64,000 nt of DNA from Leucoraja ocellata (GCA_036785375.1 JAWMAR010000182.1:620001-684000); one strand, 5' to 3'; shown: positions 1-13,698, counted from the stretch's first letter. Notes: a model not told the origin generated them from the letters alone. Made by a program: numbers and translations.

Positions 1-1129
1 AACAGAAAGTACAGAGATAGATTTTTTTCAAATGTCCAACAACAGTTAAAAACTGAAAGAATGAGTCTTCACACATGCAAAAGTTAATTTTCAGAAAAGG
101 ATATGGTGATTGGTTGCAATTAAGGTTGATCATGCTGTTAAAAAGGATAATTGGACTGAAATGGGTACGACTTAAGTTTCTGGGGACAGATTTTGCCAAA
201 ATCTACAACTTGTATGACGCATGAGTGGATCTGAAGATTAAGCTATAGAGTGAAGTTCATTTTAATGTAGATTCTGGATGAGTAGCACAGGTTAGGTCAG
301 GAATTCTGGATCTCCACATTTAACTGTGCATGTATAAATTTGTTGTCAGATATGTCATAAATAATGCTGACCCTTTAAAAAAAAAAAAAAAACAGTAAAT
401 TCCTTTCAAGACCTCCAGGACAGAGATTCATTGGACTTTCATGAAGAAGTGATGTAAAGGGAGTAGAGTTAAACTGCATCTCCTTTTGGAAGGTCAAGAC
501 TTCAATTTCTTAATTCATGTCGCTGCAAAGAGAGCTTTGCAAGCATATGTAGTGTCATTTAAGGGCTCCTGCCCTTTAATAATATCAAGGCCAACATGCC
601 TTGCCAAATTATAAAATAGGGACTACAACAATCACGACACAGAAAAAACAACTTGTTTTCTTTTCCATCGGCAAACATATTTCTAAGAGATCTTTGAGCC
701 CAATTATAATAACAGTGAAGTTGACCAAACAGAATATTAAAATAATTATTCGGGGTTTGTGAAATACCGGATAAAATGAGCGATACATTTGGGTTTCAAG
801 CAAGTTTAGTGCCAATGCCAGGGATAAGATATGATTTATAGTGCCTTCTCTCCATTCTTTAGCACCAATTATTATCAGATTTTATTAATGGTAAATTATG
901 AAATGTTTAGAATAAAATACTTTAAAAAGTGCCCTTGCCATGTGGGTGTTAAAACCTCTTTCTTCAATACACGTGAATGCCCAAGGATGTGATATCAGAC
1001 ATTTCTCTTGCACTGTCAGATTTAAGGCAGTCATAACACACACTTTTAAAACTACTGAATGCTTTAGCAGAATTAGAACCAACTCAGCCCATCATGAATA
1101 TGCTGGCTCCCGAGCAGAGCAATACAATA

Positions 1130-1960
1130 ACTCAAACCTCTGGCCCATTCTCTGCAACCTTGTGAGTTTTCATCATCATTTACTTATCTAATTCCCTCTT
1201 GAAAGCCATAATGGAATTGCCACCACCAAATCTGCAGGCAGAGCATTCCAGATGCCAAGGGCATGCTGTGTTGAAAAGGTTTATCTTTCTGTCATTTTAT
1301 TCCCTTCCCCTTTATTTATTTTTACCTGCGACCTCTAGTTGTAGATCCCTCATCTAAGGGGAACAGCTTCCCACTGCTAGCTCTGTGCAGACCCATCATT
1401 CACAAACACCTGATCTCTCTTCCGCTTTTATGTAAACAAGTCTCAGCAACACTGATCTATCCTTGTATCTGGTCCCTCATCTAAAGACCATTTTTGTAAA
1501 TAGTTTTTGGACTCTCACTAATTCCTTCAAATTGAAGCTCTAGAGTCAAGCAGAACTGGACACAACATTTACGTTGAGTCGGGGGTCAGTGTTTTATAAA
1601 GGGTTGGCATGATGTCCCTGCTTTAATTCTCTGTATGTTAATATTCTGTTGTTAAAAAATGTATATAGTTTATATCTTATGAGCCACTGTCTCAACCTGC
1701 CAGGTCACATGCAATCACTTATGCATCATACCCCTGGGTCGCTCTGCTCTGCACCACTTTCAGAAAAGTATCCTTGATCCTGTATTGCCTCCCCTCATTG
1801 TTCCTACCAACATATGTTACCTCTGATTTTTCTGCACAGAACTGCATCCATTCTGCCCATTGCACTGCCTTGTTTTTAAGCTGTCACAATTTATTGCTAT
1901 TCTCTTTGCAGTTCACAACATTGCAAGTTTTGTATCATTGACAAGTTATAAAATGTGTAA
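1130..1960 (-). mobile_element. Old, decayed CR1 LINE 3' ORF2 fragment
   Basis: CAGAACTGGACACAA at ~1551 reads CVQF on the minus strand (CR1 YCVQFW motif); GGCAGAGCATTCCAGA and other antisense CR1 3'-end remnants; many stops. Confidence 0.6.
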
Positions 1961-3134
1961 CGTTTGAATGTTTAAAAGTATTCCATCAAATTTTTCCAAT
2001 GCTAGACACTCCTATGTATAAAAATATAATTTTAATCTACCCTTTTGGTTCCTTTTATAGTTTGAAAACTTCAATCAAATCATCTATCAATGTAAAAACC
2101 AGGGAATACGACCCTGTCTTCTTCCTTCTTTGATCACCATAAATTACCTTTGAAATCCAGATAACATTTGGGTGAATCAATATTGCATTCCCTCCAAGAA
2201 ATATATCTTTGTAAGAAGGGCTTCTCAGTATTGCTCATGGTTCCTTGGGTGCAGTTTAACTGTTTGGCTGTGCTTTTACTCCCTTCTGCTCCAACCCAGT
2301 TGATATGAAGGTCAGTATTCCAATGGCACTGCTCTGTATTCAACAATGACATTTTACTGAATTGTCTTCATGGACCCTAAATCTCTTTAGACCTTCACTG
2401 GCTCTAGCTCTTCACCAATCAGGAAAATCTAAAACTATAACCACAGCCATCCTTCTGATTTGAACCTGTTTGGAAAATAACCTGCACTTGCTACTTGACA
2501 AATAGCTAACTCAGAAGACTGGTGCCTTCTCAAAGGTTGACTGATAAATTATTAAAGATAATTTTATTTTTGTCCTTTTATTTATATCCTTTTATCCTTT
2601 TATTTTTCACACTCACCAATGTGCCAAAGCTTTAACTTGTTTTATTACTTAAAACTGTTTTCAAATCGTGCTTGAGTTTTGACTGAACATCTAGAAATAG
2701 CACATACATTTTGTGTTAATTTAGAATTGAAAGTTCACCTTAATTGGTAAAGATTTGTTTCGATGGACATAAGAGGGTAGTATATTCAGTGCTCTGACTA
2801 ATTTTTTATACATTCACCAACATCAGAAAAATAACTGAAAACAATTAAAACCTCTATCTAAATCTTTATCCTGGCGTAGGATTGAGGCGGTAAGTCTTCA
2901 ATGAAATACTGAGGAATCCCAGAAAGATTGGACCTGTCACTGTTCTATTTCAGTACAGCAGTGGGGGAAACTGACCAATATAGTCTTCTGAATCTATCCA
3001 AAGGCCAGAGTTGACATTTCAATGCACATGTAGAAGTCTGGGAACAGCATAACCGGCTGAATGCCGGAGTTATGGGAATAGTCAGCATGGTCAAGCCTTT
3101 ATCTATCCCATTCCCAACACACCAACTAAACTTT

Positions 3135-4105
3135 TGGTATTGGTTTATTGTTGTCATATGGACTAAGTTAATAGTGAAAAATTGTGTTTTGTGTGCTATG
3201 CATGCAGATCATACCATACACCTCAGGAAGTACAAAAGAGAAAACAGGTCAAATGCAGAATATAGCATTACAGCTAGAGAGAAAGTGCAGATTTAAAAAA
3301 AAAGCACAAGGGCCACAATGAAGTATATTGGAGGATGATTTTTAACATACGAGGTCCTTTCAAAAAAAATCTAAGGTACATGCCTTCATATTTCCGGATC
3401 TTCTGTCTGACAGAAAAGGGAAGAAGAGAGAATGGCCAAGGTATGAGTAGTTCTTGATAATGTTAGTTGCCTTCTGACAACGTAAAGTGTAGATGGAATT
3501 GAAGGAGGTGGTTGTGGGGAGAAAGCTGTGATGGACTGGGTTACATCCATAGCTTGGTGCAGTTTCTTGCTATAACAAGCTGTGATACATCCCTATAGAA
3601 CGTTTTCTTATGGTGCGTCTGTAGAAATAGGAAAGAGTCATTGGGAACGTGCCAGATTTCCTTAATCTTCTGAGGAAATAAAGGGGTTGTTGCACTATTT
3701 TGGCCGTATTATTAAAGTGGTTGGACTAGGCCAAATTATTGGTGATGCTTATTGGTGATGAATAGACCTGGAAACTTGAAGCTCTCGATCATATCCACTT
3801 CAGGTCCATTAAGGGAGGCTGTGGTGTGATTTTACCTCGGTTCCTGAAGTTGGTGACCAGCTCCTTTGTTTTGCTGACATTGAGAGAGATATTGTTTATT
3901 TGACACCATGCTGCAAGGCTCTCTCCATCTTCTTCCTCTACTGTCTCGTTATTGTTCGGTATCTGAGCCATTATGGCGGTGTCACCGGAAAACTTGTAAA
4001 TGGAGTTGGAGCAGATTTGACCACATAATCTAGAATGTAAAGGAAGTATAGTGTGGAGCGAGACAGCCTTGGGAACATGCCGTTGCTGAGAATTAACATA
4101 CCTCA
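3135..4105 (-). mobile_element. Rex1/Babar-type LINE 3' fragment (RT C-terminal half plus tail)
   Basis: ORF 3789-4106 gives IYKFSGDTAIMAQIPNNNET...LAAWCQINNISLNVSKTKELVTNFR, matching the KFADDT...WC..NNL.LNV.KTKELIVDFR pattern; tail with TTTATTGTTGTCA at ~3150. Confidence 0.75.
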
Positions 4106-4304
4106 TAGCTCAAGACTGCATGCATGCTGAATCACCATGGTCTTGTATAACTGCAGTAAATCATTCTCATTCAGCAATTCAAAGCCCCTCCTAACAATAG
4201 GAAACATACCATTTGCTTCCTAATTGCTTTTGGTCCTTGAAGTCCACATTTCTCAATCTTGCACTATTTACAAAACACTTTTTCATTTTCCACTCTTACT
4301 AAAA

Positions 4305-4440
4305 TGCTAATTGGACTACACCCCAAGGTTCTGAAAGAGGTAGCTTCAAAGATTTTGGAGATATTAGTAGTGACCTTTCAAGAATCACCAGTCATAAATG
4401 GTCCCGGAGGACCAGAAAATTGCAAAGGCTCTGCCCCTGA
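4305..4440 (+). mobile_element. Short CR1 ORF2 fragment
   Basis: Translates GLHPKVLKEVASKILEILVVTFQES...VPEDQKIA, the CR1 GLHPRVLKE...IFQES...VPEDWKIA pre-RT segment. Confidence 0.75.
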
Positions 4441-4444
4441 CTCT

Positions 4445-4576
4445 CAGTCTGAAGAAGGGCCTTGACCCAAAACATCACCTATTTCCTTCTCCAGCAATGC
4501 TGCCTGACCCGCTGAGTTACTCATTTTTTGTATCTATCTTCGTTTTAACTCAGCATCTGCATTTACTTCCTACACG
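4445..4576 (+). mobile_element. Penelope-type short repeat with degenerate hammerhead core
   Basis: AGTCTGAAGAAGGGCCTTGACCCAAAACATCACC...GCTGCCTGACCCGCTGAGTTACTC...AGCATCTGCA; GAAA core mutated to AAAA. Confidence 0.75.
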
Positions 4577-5619
4577 TCCCCGAGTCTATATGTACACACC
4601 GTATTGTTCAACCTCATGTGTGGAAGCTTATTGGAAACCTTCCGAAAATTTAAATAAATCACACCCACTGCTTCCACTGTACTCCCCGTCCCCCAAGAAA
4701 TCCAATAAGGTCAGAGAAGTACCTGGTAAACATAAACCTGTCACTTCTACATCTGAATAAACTTTCTGGATAAATAGCAGATTTAGATAATTTCAGTGTG
4801 AAATTTACAAAGCTGTTTGGTTGGTAAATTTAGTTCTAAATTTGGAATATTTAAAACCAAGTAAAGGCTTGGATTGATAGAAAATATTAAATATGATAAA
4901 TTGACATTGACTATGTCTAACAGTGGGATGATCGACTGCATTCACACTGGTATCTCAGACTGAGCTGCAGGAACATTTGAGGTTCTGGAACAGCGGCTCA
5001 TCCAGAGCGATGTATGAGGTCAGAATTATGTTCAAAATGTAGTCTTAGGAAATGAGCTGTCAGACTCAAGTCTCTACACGTAACCACTGATTATATCAGT
5101 GAACCTCTCTACAGAAATCTGTGGGCAAGGTGTAAAGAGAAACAAAGGATTTTAAACAGAGGACAGACAGTTCCATAGGTGATGAAAATAGCTGTCTGTT
5201 CAGTTTAAAACATACGCAAGAGGTTCGTCAACTGATGCAGTCACAACGGCACTTCTAACAAATGTAGAATTTCTGTTTCATGCTACTATGAAAGTTTTTT
5301 CTTGCATAAAGATTGAGGGAAAAAAAAGTTGGTAGTAAATAGATTATTGTTTAACATTAGAACAGTGCCATCTACTGGACTGTTAGCAGCATTGCAAGTC
5401 TTGCGGCTATTTCTTCGTTCCTTAAAGTTCAGGTGGTAGTCGGCTGACTGCAGTCACAAAGATATATTGGTGTTTGCCATTTTAAGTGTTAAGTCATTCC
5501 ATGGAGGAGAAAAATAGAGAGCTAGGTGAATGCTTTAACAGAAATCATTCTCCTTTTTCGCATTTTCACTGCCTTGATTGTACAGTATCTCCTGAAACAA
5601 TGTCATAGTTGTTTTGCAG

Positions 5620-5694
5620 ATAGGCACAGGGATGGTGATTTTCAAAGTATCAACCAGGGAGGAAGGAGTGTTCACACGCTGCCATTCCTGCTAA
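5620..5694 (+). other. Possible 3'-terminal exon of an upstream plus-strand transcript (unidentified)
   Basis: Acceptor TAGTTGTTTTGCAG at 5606-5619 in non-repetitive DNA. Phase 0 reads IGTGMVIFKVSTREEGVFTRCHSC*; the phase 1 frame stays open to 5819. No homolog recognised. Confidence 0.2.
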
Positions 5695-6479
5695 TGTTCC
5701 AGCTCTCCTTAATCTTGACCCAGCTTGGAATTGCACTCTCACTAAAGAACAAATTAATTAACTTTCAATTACCAATGGAAGAGTGTGTGTTGTGCATACT
5801 CTTCCCATCGGTCTCGTGATGCTCAGCAGTTTGCTCAACACAAGTGATCCAGGACAATCTTTCACCTCACTTTTCTCCAGGATCTCTCTGTTGTGGGAGC
5901 ATCTATCGACAACGATCTGTAGCATGAAGCTCAGAAAGCAAATGGACAAACATCTTATCATCACATTTCTCATGAATAGTTTACTATTCACAGTTTATAA
6001 TGAACTGGATTAAGAAAAAAGTCCAGCTCATTTTTAGTTAAAGCTGAAAATTGTCCAGATTAAAATATACAGGAATGGGTTAAATTCTGTTTGTAAATGT
6101 TGAAGCAGATTTTAATTTTTTGTTATCATTGGTTACACTGAAATAGGCATGAGCTGATATTTGCCTTTATTTACTCAAACAGAATGTGCCATTGCCACCC
6201 ATTTTTCTCTCCAAGAATGTGATTACATTACTCATCAGTGTCGTTAGAGGTAGCTTCAATGTACGCCATCTAAAGATCTGGGAAGAAGTAATGGAACGTT
6301 ATCTGAAATTTTAATTCTGTTTTCTTTCCACCAATGCTGTCTGACTTGCTGAAGATTTCCACCCTTGCCTGTTTTTGAGTTGAAGCCTGATGATCTGCAG
6401 TTTCTGGAACCTGTCCAATATATTTTTCCACAATATCACCGTGGATTCTTAACACGTTCAGTTCTTTTTTGCCGTTTTC

Positions 6480-8160
6480 AAAATAATCTGATGCATCCTT
6501 TTTGACTACGAAGTAGACTTTGTTGCATCTACCTACAATTTGCCAGAATACTAACCACTCATTTAATCTGCACGTATCTTTTTACACCTGGATGCTTTCA
6601 TCTAATCCTTCTAACTTTAACAAAGTTATCAGTAAATTTGGATATACAGTTCTTAATTCCTTTACCATACAAATGCTATAGATCTCGAAGGGATGGCACT
6701 GGTGACATCCTGTCGAATGGAGAATATATTCAATTATTTCTACTACTTAACTTCATGGAATTGCTTCCAATTCCACGTTGCCATTCTTTTCCTATCATTT
6801 TATTGTGTGAAGCGAATATGCCTTGAATAGAATCCCCTGCATTGAATATAAACAGTATCAACAATCTTTTTTGATTTAACACATAACCGGATAAAACATG
6901 TCAATTAGATTGACACACTTTATACATTTATGCTAGCTCTCACTGATCAATTCTTATTTGCTGGAGTGCTCAGTTTGCTCCTGACAGGCAAGTAACGTTG
7001 TCACAATGGGCATTAGGCTAATAGGTCTATAACTTCTCAATTTAATCACTCTCTCACTTTTAAACAATGAAGTAATGTTGCCAAATGAACTAAAGGATGA
7101 ATTTCAAATTAAGATCACTTAGCAACCTTGAGTTGAGCATTTACAATTCTGTCATCTTTTAATATCTAATAATGGTATGGGATAGGTGATGATGGTGTTG
7201 GGTCCTGGGTCCTGGAGGATGGCCTGTCTCAGTATTTCCCCTTTGATCTTTAAAATCTAATAAGTTGATCTTTAAAATCTAATAAGTTGATCTTGTTTTA
7301 TTTTTCCTCCCTCAGCGGTATGTTATCCTTTTAGTTAATTATGAAGATCAACGCAAAGAAAAAATGTAGAGAGCTTGCCAGTAATTGACTTTCAATTATA
7401 ATACCCAGGATTTTGCACTAAAATTACAACTGATATTAAAGGCATAAATTGAATAAATGCTTTTATTAACCATACGTGCACAGTTAAATGTGGAAATGAG
7501 AAAGTACCATGCTCCTCCAGAGGCCTTGCTATTCTGGTATTTCCCCAAGAGACATAGATCAGTATAAAGTTGTCATGTTCCTTTATAGACCTACCAAACT
7601 TGGTAGGCAAACATGTTTGGTGCCATTATAGATCATTACCCCCACACAACCTGTCAGACGCTTAACTGCTGTGGAAAGTCATTTCTTCAGATTTAAATTA
7701 TTGCCGGAGATTTTGTAGGACAAAATATGTTTTTTGTATGTTATCTTCTTACATCTTACTTCTCCCACTGACTTTCTCTTGCTATGCAACTCATTAAAAA
7801 AAAAATCAATCCCATTGAAGAATCACAAGATCACTAGCTCTGTTCATAGATATCTTGTAGCGAGCACCATGCCAAAATGTTCTTCCCATCATAATAGGAT
7901 CTAGAGTAAAGCATGGATAGAAAGACTGATAGTAATGAATGGTTGGTGCCATTCATTCACCTCTGTCCACTGAATCCATTCTAATACCATCTGCATTTCT
8001 CTTTAAATAACCCACTTTACCCGTAATCTACTTTCCAAGCTGTCTTGGAATATTTGTCTTCATTTTCTTTTACAGCTCTTACTTTATACAAAGCTCTCTT
8101 TTAATGCTCATTTACATCCATGTAATTGCACTATTATTTGTAATAGTTTCATAATTGTAT
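6480..8160 (-). mobile_element. Very old CR1-like LINE remnant
   Basis: Patchy antisense CR1-like phrases (GTTATCAGTAAATTTGGATATAC, GGCTAATAGGTCTATAA, TTGGGTCCTGG); heavily decayed. Confidence 0.4.
7243..7294. repeat. ~22-bp tandem duplication (TTGATCTTTAAAATCTAATAAG x2+)
   Basis: Direct reading of the sequence. Confidence 0.85.
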
Positions 8161-8372
8161 GCATTCATTTCTTGTTGACAAAAACCAAAGCTTTATACAA
8201 AGCAAGCAGGAAGAGCTGTAAAAAGGAAATTGAAGCCAAATATTTAGGAATATGTATAAGCCTTGTTCCGAATGCATTCTGATCCCATATCTCCCCCATG
8301 TCACCTACCCAATACACAAAGCCACATATACACACACCCACACATTTCATCTGCAAATTTTGCCCGTTATTA

Positions 8373-8690
8373 GTGGCACAGTGGAGCAGTTGGTGCAGCT
8401 GCTGCCTCAGTGTCAGAAAATCGCATTCGATCCTGACCTCGGGTTCTGTCTGTGTGGAGTTTGTACCTTCTCCTTGTGACCACATGGGTTTCCTCCAGGC
8501 ACTGCTGTTTCCTCCCACATTCCAAAGGTGTAAAGGTGGTAGATTAATTGCCTTTTGTAAATTGTCCTTAGTGCTTAGAGAGTGGATGAGAAAGTGGGAT
8601 AACATCGAACAAGTGTGAACAGGTGATCGATGGTCGGCGTAGATTCATTGAGCAGAAGGCAAAAAAATATATACCGATGCCTATCCAAAT
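8373..8690 (+). mobile_element. tRNA-derived V-SINE (HE1-like)
   Basis: tRNA-like head (GGCACAGTGGAGCAG...TTCGATCC), V-domain TGTGTGGAGTTTGTACCTTCTCC...GGGTTTCCTCC...TTTCCTCCCACA, then TGTAAATTGTCC; same family as 45397 and 59357. Confidence 0.85.
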
Positions 8691-9091
8691 CTCAAACCTC
8701 AGAGGATGCAGAGAAGATTTACTAGACTGATAACTGAGATGATGGACTTGGGGTAAACGGGTTGCTCTCTTTTGCATAGAAATAGTTAAAGGGAGGTTGA
8801 TTAGAAGCTTTCAAGATCATGAAGCGATTTGACATGAAGAGAAACTATTTCTTCTGGCGGAATTATTTCCAACAGATTTAACCTAACAGGCATATGTAAC
8901 ATGGCACTTTTGTTTTACACACCAACTTAAGAGCATACAGTAAGTACCCCAGCTGGGGGAATGGTGAAAGTAAAACTAATTGAAACCATCAACTGTGAAA
9001 AGATTTCATGCCCATTCAGTTACATTGCCCCAATAGTTCTGCCCTTTAAAAATAAAGCATCCATGATGCCATTGACTGATTGGTTAAATGA

Positions 9092-9310
9092 CACAACATG
9101 GAAACAGGCCCTTTGGTCCACCAAGTCGACACCGATTATTGATCTCCCGTTCATACTAGTTCTAAGTTATCCCATTTTAGCACTCCATGCACAATCTAGG
9201 AGCGATTTAAAGAGGCCAATTAACCTACAAACCCACATACCTTGAGTGAGGAGTGAGGGAATCCAAGCAGTCAGAGAGAACGTACAAACTCCTCACAGAC
9301 AGCAATTGAC
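9092..9310 (-). mobile_element. Partial V-SINE (HE1-like), antisense
   Basis: GGAAACAGGCCCTTTGGTCC tail, CCAATTAACCTACAAACC and GAGAACGTACAAACTCC (reverse complement of the V-domain). Confidence 0.7.
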
Positions 9311-10009
9311 GTCTCTTGCATGGAGGCATTCTCACTGTGATAATCATCTTTGACTTGTGTGTCTCAGAGTATGTTATATGGTTACTGTTCTAATTTTCTG
9401 CACTTTTTTAAATATGTTCTTGCTGGCAGTAGACACACATACTTCGAGTGTTTTAATCTTCCATTCTTTTAGCATAAAAGTCAGTTCTTTTTTAATCAGG
9501 AAATTGTTGTGTGAGCTCTAATTTAGTTGCACTGTTGTACAATGACAAAACCTTTCCCCAAGATATTGGCTTTAAGCAGCTGTTGGCAGAGGGAATTTTG
9601 GAGCTCACAGCCTGGCAAGTTAAAAGGAACAGTCATTATTGATAGAGTGGTTAAACTCCAGGTTGGTTAGCGGGCCAGAACTGCAAGAGTGGAGATATTT
9701 CAGAGCATTACAAACCTGGATGAGGTGATGGAGATCAGCAGGTGGAGATGGGCAATGGCTAGATTTGTGTACATTTTAAACTTGATACATTACTTAACAG
9801 GTAGCCAATCATGTTATCATGCGGGAGCCAGTAAATGGAATTCAGTGCAACTTTGAACACCTGCAGCAGAGTTTTGAATGAGGAAGGGCAGCTATTCACA
9901 TTGTCAGGTGATGAAATGATGACATGGATTTGGGTTTCTGTAGCAGTTGATCGCAGGTATGGTTAGATTCAAACAGAACAAATGCTTCTACATTTAGTCG
10001 AGAATAAAT

Positions 10010-10232
10010 TTCTCAACCTAAAACGACAACTGTGTCTTACCCTCCACAAATGCTGCCTTGCCAGCTGAGTTCCTCCAACAGAAAAGACACAACATGCTGG
10101 AATATCTTAGTAGGTCAGGCAGTATCCCTGGCGAGCATGGATATGTGATCTTTCAGGTCAGGACCCTTCTTCAGGCTGATTCCAATAGTTTGTTTTTGCA
10201 CCAAATTCCAGCATTGCAGCTTTCATGTCTCC
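10010..10232. mobile_element. Nested Penelope-type hammerhead repeats (minus copy ~10082-10180 inside an older plus copy)
   Basis: Plus copy ends GCTGAGTTCCTCCAAC and resumes TCCAATAGTTTG...CCAGCATTGCAG. The minus copy reads CTGAAGA-A-GGGT-CCTG-ACCT-GAAA-GATC (10174-10147). Confidence 0.7.
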
Positions 10233-11439
10233 TTCTTTTGCATCCACATTATCAATTTATACAATATTGGTACTTTCATCTTTTGATTTTTTTGTATTTT
10301 ATGGCTGTTAAAATGAACAAGAACTTTTGGACAGTTTTTAATTCAATGTTAAAACTTTCAAGTCCTACTATATCCACACAAATGACTGGGCTTGTCCTTT
10401 TAAAACATCCAAGTATTAATACATTAAATATTTATGTCTTTTCATAATTCCATAACTGTTCAAAACTGCAAAATCACCAGAGTTTGGCTTTATTTCATAG
10501 TGTATGTATGTTTCTTTTGGATGTTCCCCTAAATTTTACAATGCCTGTTGCATTATTAAACATCTTCTAGCATTTGAAAAACTAATAGTTCTGAATCCTG
10601 CTGCAATAGAAGCTGTCAGTGAAACCAAACTCCTCTATAGCATGCAGATAAGATATGACCGCACATAGACTTTGGACTTGCTATTTATGAATGCCTAATT
10701 TAGGCTGAAGCAGTGTTGCAATGAGGGTATGCTTGTTTCAGATGGCAAATGACTAGACCATGTGTTTGATTTGGCCAGATTTATTTCCTTAGTTAGCACC
10801 ATCAAAATAAATCGTGCCGTTAACCATTAATTTAATTTACTTTTTGTGAGGTATTGCCATACCTGCTCATTTCAAAATGATGACAATATGAGGAGACCAT
10901 GGTCAATAACTGACCAGTTTGTAGAGAATGCAATACACTTCAATATAATTACAAGTAATATTTTCTTTTAAATGAAAAACACTGCTCATATTAAATGTGT
11001 ATTCATGACTTGGATTGTGATTGCACAAGTAACAGAAATCAAGAACAAGCCAGATCCAATCCCCAGACCACACCAAGTTCACTGATCGTACCCTAAAAAA
11101 TGCAGGAACATTCATCCTAATAACGATTACCCCCCCCCCCCCCCCCCTCTATAGACAGGGAACAGCCTGGGAGTTGTAATAATTTTATTCCACCTCAGTG
11201 CCATTATCAACCCAGCATTTATTTGAACAGTACTTTAACTGATATGAAGTCATTAGGAGGATCAATTAAGATATATTAGGGAAGGCAAGCTTTGCAAGAG
11301 CCATTTTAGTTTCCTTTTCCAAATGCACATTAACTTACCTAACTCGTGAAGATAAAGGTGAAAAAGATTCCGCTAACATTTTTCTTTCCGCAGATGCTGT
11401 CTGACCAGCTGAGCGTTTTCATCATTTTTAATTCTCATC

Positions 11440-13690
11440 TTATTTTCATTGCCCTGCAGAGGCTGGACAGATTTTGACGTGTCAGGAGTTGATTCATTCA
11501 CCCACAGATGCTTGGCTACAGACCTACCCTTATAGCCACAACATTATAGCCTGGTCCATTTGAGTTTCTGGTCAATGGTGACCTTCAGGATGCAGAAGGT
11601 GGGGGGTTCATCAATAATAATGTCACTGTATCAACAGCAGGTCGTTAGACTTCCTCTTGTTGCAGATAGTTATCGTTTGGCCATTCTGTAGCCACACATC
11701 AGTCCAGGTGTCTTACTAATTACTAAACAAAGACATGTATTGTGTAGGAAGGAACTGCAGATGCTGGTTGAAACCAAAGATAGACCCAAAACGCTGGAGT
11801 AACTCAGCAGGTCATAGGTGATGTTGAGTCAAGACCCTTCTTATTGCCGCATTTGGTGAGGTACTGCACATGAAATTCAATATTGTGCCATCATCAAACA
11901 TCCCCTTGTGATGGATGGTGATCATTATTGTTGTTGAAGATGCATAGGCCAGGAGACTGTCGTGAGGAACTTCTGTAGTGATACTTGGTCAACAATGATT
12001 GACCTTCAAAACCAACATCTATCTCCCTTGAGTCCTTTGAATGATGCATTATCTCATGGATGCCCACTGACCAGTTTTTACCACTGCTCCTTCATGCTGC
12101 CTTGATATCAAAGGCAATAACGCTCCTACTTTATCTCTGGCACTCAGCTGTTTGGATCAAGGATGTGATGATGTCAGGTATACAAACTGGGCATACGAAC
12201 AGGTTATGGTAAGGTATGTGGCCCTTGACAGCTTTATCAATGACATTTTCCATCACTGTTGATGATTGAGGGTAGACTTGCTGGATGGTAATCAACAACA
12301 TTTGATTGTCCTGCTTTTTATGAACAGGACATACCTGGGCAATTTTCTATGTTGACAGTTGGTTATCGGTGTTAGTACTGATACAGCTTTGACAGAAGCA
12401 CGGCTTGTCCTGTAGTATAATCTTCCATACTACAGTTGAGATATAATCTGGTCCCAGACATTTTGTTGCATTGAACACTCTCAACAATTTATTCTTTCAG
12501 GTGCTGCAAGTCAAATTGGCTGAGGTCTGGCCGGCAATTGTGAGTATCTCAGGAGGATTTTCACGATAGATCTTGCACTGGGAACTTTAAGCTGAACATT
12601 GCTGGTCCTGTTCGCTTTGAGGATGATGATTTTCCGAGGTCTTCTTTTGTTACCTGTTTAATGTCCACTAATATTCATGGCCAAATGTGGCAGATCTGCA
12701 GAGGTTTAAATCTGATAATTACTTGTGGATCGCACCGTTTGTTTATTGCATGCTGTTTAGTGCTCCCTTTTTGTTGCAGTTACACCAGGTTCGTAACTCA
12801 TTTAAAAAAAAGTTACCAGTCTTTTTGCAGTCCTCAATCAGTTGATCCAAAGGATGAAGTTAACTGTGGTCGTGAATATTTCTACCTGCTGCTGATGATC
12901 CAGTGCACTTCATAGATATCATGTTTTGAACTGGGGTGGAGATCTCTTGTAAAACTAACCCAAGATCAGAATGCAGTTTGACCATGTCAGACTTTTTTTT
13001 GACTTATCTGTGGGACTCCCAATTTAGACACCTAATGTTGATGAGGAGGGCCTTTCAAAAGTGAGTGTGTTAGGAGATGCCACTGTTCGAGAAAAAATGA
13101 AATTGGACAGAGTGCCCAGTCATCAGTGCTATTCAATCTTAAGCTACTCCTCCAATGCAGCAAAACATAGAAACTAGCTTCCCTCTGGTAAATAGTGACT
13201 TTGTCAAGGTGCATTGGAGCAGGTGAGGCTGGCAAAAGGGTGTGATTACAATGAATGCTTTAAAGACCAGGGAGAAACATTGTCAAAAGGTTGGAAATAT
13301 ATTTTCCAGTCATCAGCACCTCTTCTACGTGTTGTTTAACATAGAAGTGTACGGATTCATCAGTTGACAGAGGGTGTAGGTGGTAATCAGAAGTTTCCTT
13401 TATTCATGTCTGCCTAATGCTTTGCGACTCTTGGGATCTTGTGTCCTTGTTTTGGACTTCCAGGACTATAAGTTTCTACTCCCACCAGCAGGTGTGTCTT
13501 AGTTGTCGGATAGGTCAGCCCAATGTCTGTGAGGAGTCCAGCATGATGTTTTTATGGGATGATTCTGTGAGTACAACCTTGTCACACTGTTGTTCGACTA
13601 ATCTGTAGCACTCCTAATTTAGACACCTGATGTTTATGAAGAGGGCCTTTCAAAACCGAGTGGGTTGGGTGATATTTACCCAGTAATGCA
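11440..13690 (-). mobile_element. Decayed LINE (CR1/L2-superfamily) covering endonuclease to RT regions
   Basis: Antisense remnants translate near 13560-13655 to ALFINIRCL...LVEQQCDKVVLTES, resembling an APE endonuclease N-terminus (NIRGL...PDIV.LTES); decayed LINE-like sequence continues toward 11440. Confidence 0.5.
11741..11843 (-). mobile_element. Penelope-type short repeat, internally deleted
   Basis: TGTAGGAAGGAACTGCAGATGCTGG...GCTGGAGTAACTCAGC...GTCAAGACCCTTCTT. Confidence 0.75.
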
Positions 13691-13698
13691 ACTGCTTT

